This document shows, in pieces, positions 13,801 to 26,200 of a DNA stretch of 64,000 nucleotides. A model generated the notes under the pieces. It was given only the letters and a program-made list of their open reading frames with translations, ran no database searches and had not been told where the DNA came from. Position 1 is the first letter of the stretch, and every line of letters starts with the position of its first letter. Source of the stretch: Tubulanus polymorphus (Eukaryota > Animalia > Nemertea). The stretch spans positions 4,506,778-4,570,777 of the forward strand of contig NC_134030.1 of NCBI RefSeq assembly GCF_964204645.1, read 5' to 3'. A program made the translations under genes and the position numbers.

Positions 13801-16068
13801 GAGACGCTGGCGCTCGGAATCAGAAAAACATTTTTCTCCTGTCGATGACGTTTAATAGCAGATATGCACATGTATAAAGATGTTATTTTCCTGGTGGAAA
13901 GTATAGGAACACTGCACGATGGAAGACGGCCGTTCGAAATAATGATTTCCGAAGGTAGACAGACGGAAACTGACTCGTAATGCTTACCGAGCTCCGAAAT
14001 GGCCGCAGTTGATGTCTCATGAATAATTCAGATAAATCCCGACAACAAATTGTTAAACTTGAAATAACCTTTCGATAAGTGACCGACGGAACCATCTTCA
14101 GCTCGGGCCAAATAGATACCGCTAAAAGATGTCAACAAGTCGGTACAGAACGTGTTATTATCATTACGACGTAATTATTCTTAATCGTTTTGATTTTTAG
14201 AAAATATATTCTCAAAGAAACAAATCGGTTTGTTGGTGACGTGTGTAACCTATTAGAAATATTGGAAGATTAAGTTTTCGATTTTCTTTTATTTTTTATT
14301 CCAAGTTCTCACGAATGAAGCTTGAAGAGGCCGTTCCTTCCTGATCCGCTGTTCGATCGAAATTCACCGATGCGTTCCGTCATTTCCTATTTTCATTTAT
14401 CATCTTAGATTGTGGCGGCGCGAAGGCGGAACGCGAAACGTATATTATTCTATTGTTTTTTTTCATCCGATATTTTTTCCACGAACGCCAAACGACGACG
14501 ACGACGAGTGATAACAAGATAATAATGACCGTCAATATAAGAATGTCGAGTCGTTCGAGCGAAAATCCTCTGTATCCCGACAGGAAGCGTCAGTACGCGC
14601 CGAACGTGCGGTTTCAACACCCGTTTATCTTATTGTACGGTTAGGTATGTGTCTACGCTCGTGATGAAGAGAAAGGAAATATAGAAAAAAAAAATCCTGG
14701 AGAAAACAGCACCATCAACACGAAGGATGTGATTAGCATCGCGGGGTGTGTATTTTACGATTGCATGACAAACGCCTGATTACATAAGCGTTTATTTTTA
14801 TGCACTCGCAATGTACGTCACCAGTTTTATTTCTGTGAAGTTGCACTTTTTTCGTTCCGCGCTGACGTGCCGGTTTTGGCTGGTTTGAGGATCGCCCATA
14901 TGTGTAATTATTCAACTTGATAAATACATAGTCGACTGAATCCAACTTCCTGCTTCAAATTCAGATTAAAAACAACTTGAAGTAGTTTTTCTAATTGCCC
15001 ACAATTCAATCGGAGAGATACTTATGATTATAGAAAAAAAAACTAAGGAAGTAATCGAATGGTACGATCAATGTATACTGAATATTCAATTCCCATGATG
15101 ATAAACAATCGTTGTCATTCTTACTTCAATATATTTGTGAGTTATCGAGCAAAATATTGGGAATACTAAGAATATTTCAAGTTTTCAAGCATTATTCCAT
15201 AATTTCCGTGCGTCATATAAACCTATCGAATATTCCTGAGTGAAATGAACAAATGCAGGTCGTATAAGAACATCAGTTAATTGGATAGACGTTTTCGACT
15301 TTTGTTGTTCTCTGTTTAATTATTTCGGAGATAGATAAAAGCAACCGCTACGACGGATGAGCACATTGTCGCTCAGATGAAGTCATCATCGTAGGTAATT
15401 CGCCCAGTAATTAGATCTTTACGACGGCGTTTAATGCGTAAGTCGTGCATGTGTCGTGTATATGAGCGAGCTGCGTGGATTTAGCAAAATTCCTCGCCAT
15501 TATTACTGTACATTCTCCTTCAGTCCAGTGCCCTTCGCGGATTTCATATTTCGTTCGTGACTCAAATGCTATTTGACAACACGGAACAAGCAAAAATATG
15601 ACATGAATCGAATCATGCATTGCTTTCTGAACGTACCTAGATGTAGTGCTCGACTCTTATGCAATCACCTGTCGTTCTATCACGGTAGCGTTTGTACAAT
15701 ACGAACCCGCAGATGCGGCTCTTCAAACAAATGAATAATCGTCTGCCAAACCCTATTGCGAATACATATTTACAGAAAAGGTCGAGCATGTTTTATTTTT
15801 TACTGATGAATGAATGTATATCTCAGCAGCGAGAAAAATCGCGTGTTTATCATTTATATGGAAAAATATCGGATTTCGGATATTACCGGATGATGACGTC
15901 ATTAATTTGTAGGGTCGCTAATCGTTATAGATTATTTAATCCGGATATTTATAGTCTAAGCAGCGTGCATTAGACATTCTCATCTTCGTTTCGATTTTTA
16001 TGTGTTTAGGTATATATTTATAGACTAGTATAGTATATTCACCACTATTTTTACGTCTAAATCAGAGT

Positions 16069-16442
16069 TTGACGCCGTAAAAACCGTTACAATAATGTTT
16101 GTAAATGGTGACTGCGGGGTTCTGCCTGTCGATGTGCACTACGTCATCAAAATCGGAGTTTCGAAATAATGATGAAAAATGTGAATATTGGGCGTTCGTT
16201 TTGTAATTCAAAAAAGTTCATTACTCTAATTGTATATTTAATGAATTCTCATGTTTTTTAAGCATGCATTTTTGAAAAGATGTGGACGGGACTGCATCAT
16301 CAATATTAGGGCTAGACTGGTTGCCGGTCGATTTAATTCAATTTCCGATATATTCAAATTCAAAATAACTTCATTGATCTTTGATATTTTATCATTAATT
16401 CATCGCTGACATTACCGAGCATTGTATTTTTCAAGGCATCAA
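16069..16442. mobile_element. Non-autonomous TIR element (MITE) family A, copy 1
   Basis: Colinear similarity with 43711-44075 (e.g. ccgtaaaaaccgttacaataatgttt, gatgtgcac-acgtcatcaa, caaaataactt-attgatc). Imperfect TIR ttgacgccgtaaaaa / ttttcaaggcatcaa (12/15 match). Confidence 0.75.
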
Positions 16443-19400
16443 TAAACCTTCTTGGTAGCTTTCAAGTTTACGTTTAAAACAACTGAAGTGATTTTTCTAT
16501 CCATTATATCAATACATAATCATGAATCGCGAACGTTTCACTTCCAAAAAGATTTTTAAATTAGGTTTTAGAATTTCGTTTTGCAAATTCATTTTCTCAT
16601 AGTGGGTGCGACAGCATGTGCGGTCGAAATGCATATAATTGTTAATGAAATATAGTTATTCTTATAAAGGAATAAAATGTTAAATACACATGTTACAAGT
16701 CTGTTTCACCATTGCACAAAAAAAGTCGAAAACACTTTTCTGTGCGACCTATTTTCGAGGTATTATTTGCGTAAACGTCTGTGTTTGATTCGAAATTATT
16801 GAAGTTAAGCCTACTAAATATCTATTGAATTGAAATAAACAGATCAATTAAAATCAGACCATTCGTATTCAAATGTGCGGTTCGAAATAATACGAAGAAA
16901 AAAATAACTGGTGCTCAATAATGTAACATTAACGAAAAAGATCAGAATTTTTTGGAAAAAGTATTAATTTTAGTGTTTAGATATACGACCAAAAGAGCGC
17001 GAGGGTAGAATGAATTCCAGATCAGGAAATCATCGGTTTTTATTTTTCAATTTATTCTACGTTGTTGTATTTCGCTATTCCTTTTGAAATTTTACGATTC
17101 TTTTTTTCCTCAAACATTCACAAATTTCAAATAAAAACCCATACGATGTTCAACATGCGAATAAAAATCATCAAAAGCATCTGCCTTGCAAAATACATTT
17201 CATATTATCTTAAAAGGCACGTTGTAACTACAGTCTTTGATACTCTTACGCATATTGTGGATAAGCTATGTAACCACTGCGTAAGTGGACTAGGTCTACT
17301 GGTTAGCACGCTTGCTTTCTAACCAGAAGCGTGCTTTCACCCCGGGAATGAGCGCGCGTAATTTCAACGTCACTTTCCTAATCGTTACAATGTTGGACTA
17401 TAAACAAATCCAGAAGCCATAGCCACATATCGTTATTAGAAGGACGTTCTTAGCGCGAATGGCGATCAATTTCGGATTTCGTTTAGAATTAATCTAATCT
17501 GATTCAGTGAAGCACTAGGTCACATTTAGTTGATGTTTCAATGATCGGCGATCGACTGGCGCTCTCTCGCCTGACTCGCGCGGATTCATTTATTACGAAA
17601 TTTTTACATTAGTTCATTCAGCGCCGCAATGACGGATGTATTGTTCTACGCGCAGTCATTATTCGTCGGCATTAGAACTAATAGCCACCGAGCGATAATT
17701 TATGGTTGGGCGAAAAACATAATTTGACGGTTTTATCATGAACGGCTGATGTATAACTTTCGCTTCGTACTATGAATAGTTCGCTAACGATTTTTATTAC
17801 GACGAACTCGACATGAGGAAAAAAAATTCCAGATACAACGATGAAACGCCGTAATTGACGTATGAACTGTCGCTGTTGGAGATATCTGAATTGATTGGAC
17901 TAAAATTTCGCCGATTTATGCATCACGTAGATCATCACTAGTATCGCGACGAAGACCTTGTTTTTTTAAGTACGGCGTTACATCGTGCGTTGCGCATTTT
18001 GATATGAAAAAAAATGACTCCCAGTCTAATGCTAATAATCTGTGGTGACTTCGTTGGTTGTTGCTGAGAATTCATTTCTCAATTTTAAGAATATTCTAAG
18101 ATATCAAAACGAAAATCGTCGTCGTTAGTTATTATCTTTCGTTCGTTCATTTCCGGCGCTATTCATTCGTATTTCCGGAGAAGCGCGCACTTTGACGCGA
18201 CGTTCGTCGTCTATGAATGGCGGTTACGCAGACTATCTTCGACCGTCCCCCATAAATCACGCCGAAACCTATACGCTCGTCTGTAAATAATTCAATATGA
18301 GTAAAAGCAATCAGGTCCCCGGCTTTAAACGTCGCGAATAAACTCATTCCGGTAATGAAAATACATCATCGACGTTTAATTAAGAAATAGCGATTAAATT
18401 GAGATTAGTCTTTCGTTCTATGGAACTTTTTTCCACGGCGGACTTCAAGAGCGCAGAAACGACGAAAGATATCAATTCAATTGGAAAGCCACTCGCCTAA
18501 TCGGATCTCACTAAATCTTTTTCAAACGAAATCGGATTTTTTCTACAAAAGGCGAGTTTATCTAATCACATTTCTCTTCTTGAAAGTGATCAAGTTAATT
18601 GAACCCGTTTCCCGACGAATAGCCACTCGACTGAAGAAAAAGGTTTCGCCGTTATTTCCCCCCTGGTAAAAACACCTTCTATTGAAGAACTGCTTTGACC
18701 ATTTCGCACAAAACAACAAACAAATTCATCCGTGAACTTAATAATTATATATTTACGTATCGGCCGCCATAATAATCACGTAGATAATAGAGTTCGTGGT
18801 ATAAAGAACGCCGGTTGCTTAGAACCCTCAACACGATTTGTCCTTTCGTTATCATTTTGTCAAGAAGATTACGACGTTCAGCACTGTATGCAATATGTAA
18901 TCTCCTTTTTTTCGTGACTGCAGTTTTAAATGATAGAAAAATTCACAAAACCCGCTATCAAGGTCATGTTGGCATTTTCAGAATGCCATTTTAGTTCCAT
19001 TCAGAGTTTCGAGTCTCGCGATATCGTCAGGTTCGAATCCCTACGGAGGGAGGACATTTCCGTTTACAAATTTAGATTCTTTGAGATTCATGGCGTCAAA
19101 ATTTAAAATCGTATTTCATTATTGACTATTTGAAGACAAGTAAAACCACTCTGCTGGTGGTCGCACGGCGTTTAACGGCCTTTGCGCGTTTTATCGGCGG
19201 ATTTAAACGGCATTAATAGGAACTTTCGAATTTGAATCGAGCCATTCGTTGGCTCTCCGCTGAATCATTTAAACTGATTAAATTATCATACAACCGAATC
19301 GAGTAAATTGAAGTTGATGGTTCATTAAAGCAGAAAGAATTACTCCATTTGTAATGCGATACTTTATAGCTGACATCCGTCGTGCATAACTTACGTATTC

Positions 19401-22400
19401 ATTGTGGAGGAGAAGGGTGGAGGGGGGGGGGTGAGTTACACGAAGCGTTTACTAGTTTAGCAATTAGGAATTCATTTAATCCAGTACGTTGAGCTCCAAA
19501 TGTCTTCGTACAAATAGCACAGCAAATATTGGTATGAATGATGTCAAAAACTCCGAAATGTCGAAATCCATCAAATTCTAACACGATTCGAATGAATATT
19601 CATCACCGTTTTTCTAATCGTATGCAAATTCTGCAAATTCTGCATCTCGTTTACCGAAAAATTTTCGCAAACATATCGCAATTATCCGAGAAATGAACAA
19701 ACCCGACATGTCAATTCTTCGACGAAACGCAAAAAGCAGCTGAATTGCCCAAGAGACCGCGCTGCGTTTGTGCAGTAATCTAGAATTCTCACTTGTAGTT
19801 TAGTTCAAAGTTAATTACTAACCCCACGTTTCAGGCGTCGACAAACGCTTGTTCGACGAATGCGATATTCTTCGAAAAATATAAGTTCTCGATTAAAATT
19901 AATGACATTTTCCGCGTCGATGACAGCGTTACAAAATGAATGTTTATCAAGCAATCCATTCCCGTTAGGAGGAAACATTTCTGTTACTTCACCGAGAAGT
20001 GACGTATGTCGAGCAGCTCGGTCGGTGATGAGTATGTTTTGTGTGATTTTACGTCATCAATCAACGAAGAAAAAACACGTTCTCTTTCGTTTTCGTTTCG
20101 TTCGCTCACGATTCGCAGACACGTACAATTAATTGTAAGATCTCAGCAAAGATCTTTACGTTAGTTCAGGCGCATAATCGCATGATTCATCGAATGAATT
20201 TAATGTTGACAAAATATTTTGTTTTTTCCGGGTACAAAAATGTTTATTCTTCAGAATTGTTTTTCAAAACCTATCTATAGGATAGAATAGGATAGGATAG
20301 GATATTTGGATATGCATTTGTATAGCGCTGGCAAAAAGTAGAACTATTATCAAAAATGCCCTCCAGAAACTGGCGATGGCTTGCATACAGGTTACATACA
20401 GGTTATTCACCCTAGTGTATATGTTGAAGTCTTACGGAAATCAGAGGTCGTAGCTTTAATCACTGTCCAAACAAAGTTTAGAGTTGATTATCTACAATGG
20501 AATGAATGATTTAATTAATGCCTGAGAGTAGTCGATATTTTGACCCTGTTCTCGCTATTAACGACCTTTTAATCCACCCACAATCAACGCCGATTTCGAC
20601 TAAGTACTTTCTCGTGTCTCTTGCGCGTCGAGGTTTGGATGGATTCAATGGTGGTTAAGTCCTGCCCTATGCGCAGTAAGCACGAGAAAACGACATCGTT
20701 TGGAGAACAGCTCGTTTAATAATTGCCACTAAGCGTAGCTAGAGCATTTGTAAATATTGATCTCGACTTCGATGGCATTATGCAAATAAAAATCGATTAC
20801 CGCCTGGACCTCCTGCATCGTATAAATAAAGGATAACGTTGAACCGTGACACATTTTGGGAGATATTATCCGTCGAATTTGATGGTATCTATCTTTTCGT
20901 GTTTTTCGTCATCAACTTACGTAGTATATACTGTCTGTCTGAACACGAATGCTTTACCCCTATTTAACAAAGGTCACGGTCGTAACGAACTAATCGCCAT
21001 GGCCTCTAGGTGTAAGATCAACAAAGTCCAGTCGTGCAGACGCCCGCCCGAGCATCATTTCATGCGACGGAAGACCTTTCGAAAAGACGAGGGCAATATC
21101 AAAATTAGCGTAGTTAGGACGATCACTATAATGAGTGCGCCAGGAAGATAAATCATCCGTGTGCACAAGCGTATGAAATGTTGCTTGTTACCGGGAAAAG
21201 ATGAGATTCGGCTCCTTGGGGTTCACGGAGGGAAATTGAACTGTCGTCTACGACGAATATATCGCCGCTGTGTCCCCCGGAGGCTCTGTATTGTAATGAG
21301 TAACGCTCCGGAATTCGGAACGTAAACAGGTAAACGTCAGACGCTGTAACAAAACGTTTACGTGATCGGTAGCGATGAGAGTAAACGGAAGTCTTTTAAA
21401 ACCAAGAGCATCAAAAGGAATAGAAATGATACGGCTATGCGAGGGAATTACACGACTCGAATCGAACGGTATCAAAAGCGTTGATATGATCTACATTTTT
21501 TCACTATACGAAAAAAAATCATCTCATCCTGAAATCGAATGAATCGATCGTAATAAGAGACTCGGCCTTTCTGAACGGTGACAGGGGGTCTCGCAGTCTG
21601 AACAATATTGACGACATGATAACTATGAAATCTTTTTTCCTGGAATTTTTGAAGAATTTCTTCTTTCCATCTTCAGAGAAGAAATCCTTAATCCTTCCAA
21701 AAAAGTCAGAACAACGAATTGATACGAAGTGTTTATTTCGTTGATATTGTGGGTTTTTATATGCAGCAGAGGGTACAATATGCATCTATGTTTTTTTCTC
21801 TTTCTGTCTGGTCAGTCTGAAGTTCCCTGATGGGAATTCATTTCTTTTTCGGTTAACATTCATCGCCCATTGTCTGCCCGGTTAATAGACTCTCTCGCAT
21901 TGCCGTCCTCAGGAATAACGAGATGATGGCAAACAGCAGTAGATCGAACAGGACAGGGCGGTAAGCTATTGAACAAACGCTCACGTGCTGCAATCACGAA
22001 AGGATTATAGCGCCATTAACCTGGCAGTGCACAGTCCTTCCGTCACCGTACCGGCGTGTCTGACAGATTGGTTTACCATGGGCTTACTGTCGACAACCTC
22101 CGTCAGTTTCACTAACAGTCCACGCGAAGAATCTAGTAAAACTTGCGTCCAAATTGACAGGTCAGTAATACCGATGTGTTTATAAAACTCTGAGTCACCG
22201 TAGAAAACAGTATCAATCGCAGATAACAAGTTGATTATTACATCATTTCTAAGTGCATCTCCGTTGAAGGGTGTTTTTTTTAGGAATTAATGTTCAATTA
22301 AGACAGCAATGCTTTAACTGATGGATCCATTAACAATACGCATAAGTGAATTAAGTCTCACGCGTCGGCGCCTGGCTACTCCAAAAAACATATGCTGTTT

Positions 22401-22827
22401 CTTCTTCCACATGTTGAATTACTTTTTTCTTCTTAAAGTAAACGAATTTGGCGCCAGGAATCAGACCTTCATTTCCGACGCATTTCTTTCGTACATCTTA
22501 ATTCTTTAAAAACTAACTGTCATTTGGGAATTAAGAAAAAACGTTGTTGTCTATGATAATCAAGAATCGGAAATTTAAACCGCGTTCTCGCGTTGTTTCG
22601 GGAAGTGCATCGCGTGTCAAAAGTAACTCGAGGTAGTATCTGTCAATTAAAGTATTGTTCTGTAGTTGGTGTAATGATGTGTACCTGGATAACCTGGACA
22701 TAACTCCGGACGTTTATTGAACGATAATCTCGAACCCCGACGGCGCTCAGCACGCAGACGGTTCGATCACGAACTTTGTATACCGATACGTCATCACAGG
22801 TCTGTAGTCACTGAGTTTGGCTTGCTC

Positions 22828-23201
22828 CATAGAGTAAAGAGGTTATGCACGGTATTGTACACGTGCGTCATACCGGACGTCAAATGGCCGTCTTTAACTT
22901 CTACTAGCCGCTTACGCGTGACGGACATTATTGACGATCAAGGCGAACTTCGGTTATCGCAGTTAGTCGACTACAGTCGAACTATACGTGAAACCGAATG
23001 TCAGTTAGTTGAAACTATAGTCAACCACGAGATTGAGTACCGAGGTCGCTGTAGTTCGGACCTCTGACACAGTAAAATGCGTTACGACCGAACTATAGTG
23101 CGTTCGGTTATTAGTTCCGACCACTATAGTCGGCTAACTACGAAAACTGAAGTTCGCTAATTATGACGCGCTGTGACGTCGTGGCCTCTATACAGTCTAT
23201 G
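22828..23201. mobile_element. Palindromic (foldback) MITE
   Basis: Imperfect termini catagagtaaagagg / cctctatacagtctatg. Internal 37-bp inverted repeat 22943-22979 vs 23121-23157 (6 mismatches). Additional pair gtgcgtcata / tatgacgcgc. Confidence 0.7.
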
Positions 23202-26200
23202 CTATGTTATAGGGTTTGTTTTTTTTTCTACTAGAGATTGTAGCACGTAAGACAAACTGAAATAAGACATTAGGTAAAACCGTCCATTTTGGAAAAGGTT
23301 TTCTAAGATTCTTCCATATTTCAGATATCTGTGTTTTGTATCAACTGATACACCGGTGCGGGACTTATCGTAAGAGGTAGAAGGGTTGCATAAGGTCGGA
23401 CTTGAAATTTGAACATCTTCATTTTGAATTTTCACGAATTCACAGCACCATCTCGTAAATTGAGTCAACTGCAAATATTATCCCCGAGTTGATGCGGGTA
23501 ACTCGTATATGTAATATAGTCGTGCTTGTAATTCAATCAAAATCATATCCATTTAAAGTGATGGATCGCGAGGTAATTTAGCAGGCTGTTGAGGGTTTGA
23601 TGCACAGCGTCCAGTAAACAGGGTCCATGCGCTGCGATGATGGACATACATGCATTAGATTATTAGATTTTCAGTTGGCACTTATTCAAGTATTTGCGGG
23701 TAAATATGGCAGCTATGTTTGCGCGTAAAAAGTCTTCTAACGAGTTTAAGCAGTTTTAATGAACTGAAGGCAGTGAGGGTAAAATGATCTCAAACATTTC
23801 TAATTCTCTTCGTTGGTTTCTTACTGAATGAAACCACACGTATAAAATCTTCACCCCACACGTACATAAATCAATGTTCGTTTTCTAGCTCGGGTTGGTT
23901 TATTAGATTGACTGCCATATTAGTTTTACTAGACAGACGGAGTTTATTATCATCTCGGCAAATTCACAGGTTTTTGATTGTTAGATAAACAGCGGTGCTG
24001 ATTCGTGGTGCAGTTTTGCAATCTTTCGTTGCGTTATTAACCAGCGTTCCGGTTGTAATAGAGTTGTCCCTCGACAACGGTGGTCTCAGCCAATCAATCA
24101 ACGGTGCCTTGACACGTCATGAATGGCCGACTGCCTCAGCATCGACGTATAAGTTTGTATGACAACGTTATTACGATACGTCTTGAAAAAGGACGCGTTT
24201 AATATGCACTAATGCCGATGTCGACGCTATATTACAAACCATTTCTAACCTGACCGACGAACTGCGCCTCAACTAAGCCCCACGAAGGCGCATTTTCTAT
24301 AGGTGATAATCGACCCAATCCCCGAGATCTAATGGAAAAAATATGTCCACTCAGTGGGACCTACTTAATAAATTCTGCATACGTGTTCGTCGTGTTTTAA
24401 CGCGTTAATTTGTCCCCCCGCGCTGAAGTTATTATTAGCTTTCCATTCGAAAGCGAAACCCGAAAAGGGGAACGAGGTTCACGCGTGACGCGAGATTCGG
24501 TGAGACAGTCCGAGAGTATGGCGTCATGAACGAATAGATAGACGATTTTAAACTGGCAACGGATCGAAATCATGGCTTCCGATTCAAAGTTGTTTGTTCG
24601 GATTAGTCTCATCAGATCGGTAGTTTATATCAGGGTTCTCGGGAGCCACAGTTGCCTCTGTCAAAATCTCGTCTTAGTAAGACAGTATCACTTCAATAAG
24701 CGTGGCACACGCGTGCTGCGCACAATCTGATGATATATTGATACTTTGACGTTTTCAATTACAATCGTTGTCATTATTGAAATGAATGTTGGGAATGAAA
24801 TATTATTTTTCATTCGTTATGGTTTATTGCAGTAACGCGGTCTGGCTAAATTGAGTGAGAGGATTTCCGTGTTTAAGTAATATAGAAGAATCCCTAAATA
24901 ACAATGAAAAATCGAGTCCGCAATGTCTTCTCGAGCTAGCTTCATTTATCTAAACATATCGTAATGGTCACCTTCAAGACTATTAATTTCATTCAAGCAC
25001 GAGTTCTTCCTATGATTTCTCTCAAACACGATTCTCATTTTCTCTCCTCCCTTCTCTTTCCTTATTCTCTCTCCTCCATCGGGCGTCTGTGTTAGCGGCA
25101 TTTAAGGATTTGCAAGGCCCACACGGAAAAGCGCGCTTCAACATTTTCGAAATTACTTTTTTTCTCACTTAGTCAATTTTGGCAAGAATAGCTTGTGGTT
25201 TTTCTGAAGTTGTCGAAATCCTTCCTTGGGCCAGTCTGCAATCTCAACGACAGGAGGTAAGATGATAGGTTCACCTTCAAAATGTTGAATTGTTCTGCTT
25301 TTCCGCGAAATAAACACTGAATGGAGGATATGGTGGAAAGGTTAGAAATAAACTGCTAGCTCAAGAAACATTAAACGACTCCATTTTCGTTCTTATTTAG
25401 GGATTTTATCGTTGAAAGACAGAGTGTTTCATCAACGGTGTTAAAGCGAGTCAAATATGACGCTAGATTTAATGATAGAGATTCGAAAGATTTTAATCAA
25501 ATTCATTCCCACTTAAGAATTATAGCAAACACGAAAAAAGTAAAATACCTGCAGACATGCACAAAACGATCCAGGTGGTTGGAGGTTGTTAATTCGAAAA
25601 AAATGTTCGATATTAGCCGATACCTTTCGCAGTCTAGATGTTAGAGACGACAGTCGCGGTCTAGGGGTCTAGACATCGAATGGTAATACGTAACCGTAGG
25701 CATTCTTATCGCATCACCCTCGCATGGATTCTCTCAAAACTTCTTCGATGGATACGTCAGATCTTTCGATAAGCGTCTCAAGGCCTACCGGAGTTATCCA
25801 CGCGCACGATGGAAATTATATCTTACCGGGATTATAGCCGTATTTCGAGATGCGAGATATTTCACCGAAAGCCGCATCACATTTTTGGTCCACGTAGAGC
25901 CTATTATCACGAAATCATGTTGAGTCAGACAGGAAAATTTCGAAATCGCGTTGAAAATTCTGATTAATCTAAATGATATTCAAATCTAATACTTTTTCTG
26001 CCCGTATAACGATATCTCGGGTCTCTAACGTAATACACGTATCTTACGTATTTTCTTTTAAACACAAACGAGCTCAGATAGATCGGTAAATAATAAATGT
26101 TGATGTGTCATTTTCGAATTGGAATTCAACAGTGGTTTTCGAGGAATCTCTTTTCGCTGTGTTATATCTTCGCCGGTGCCATTTTGCGGAGATAAACCAC

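Noticed and set aside
19030-19041. ggttcgaatccc T-loop/B-box motif suggesting a tRNA
   Set aside because: No acceptor, D or anticodon stems around it. At most a SINE remnant.
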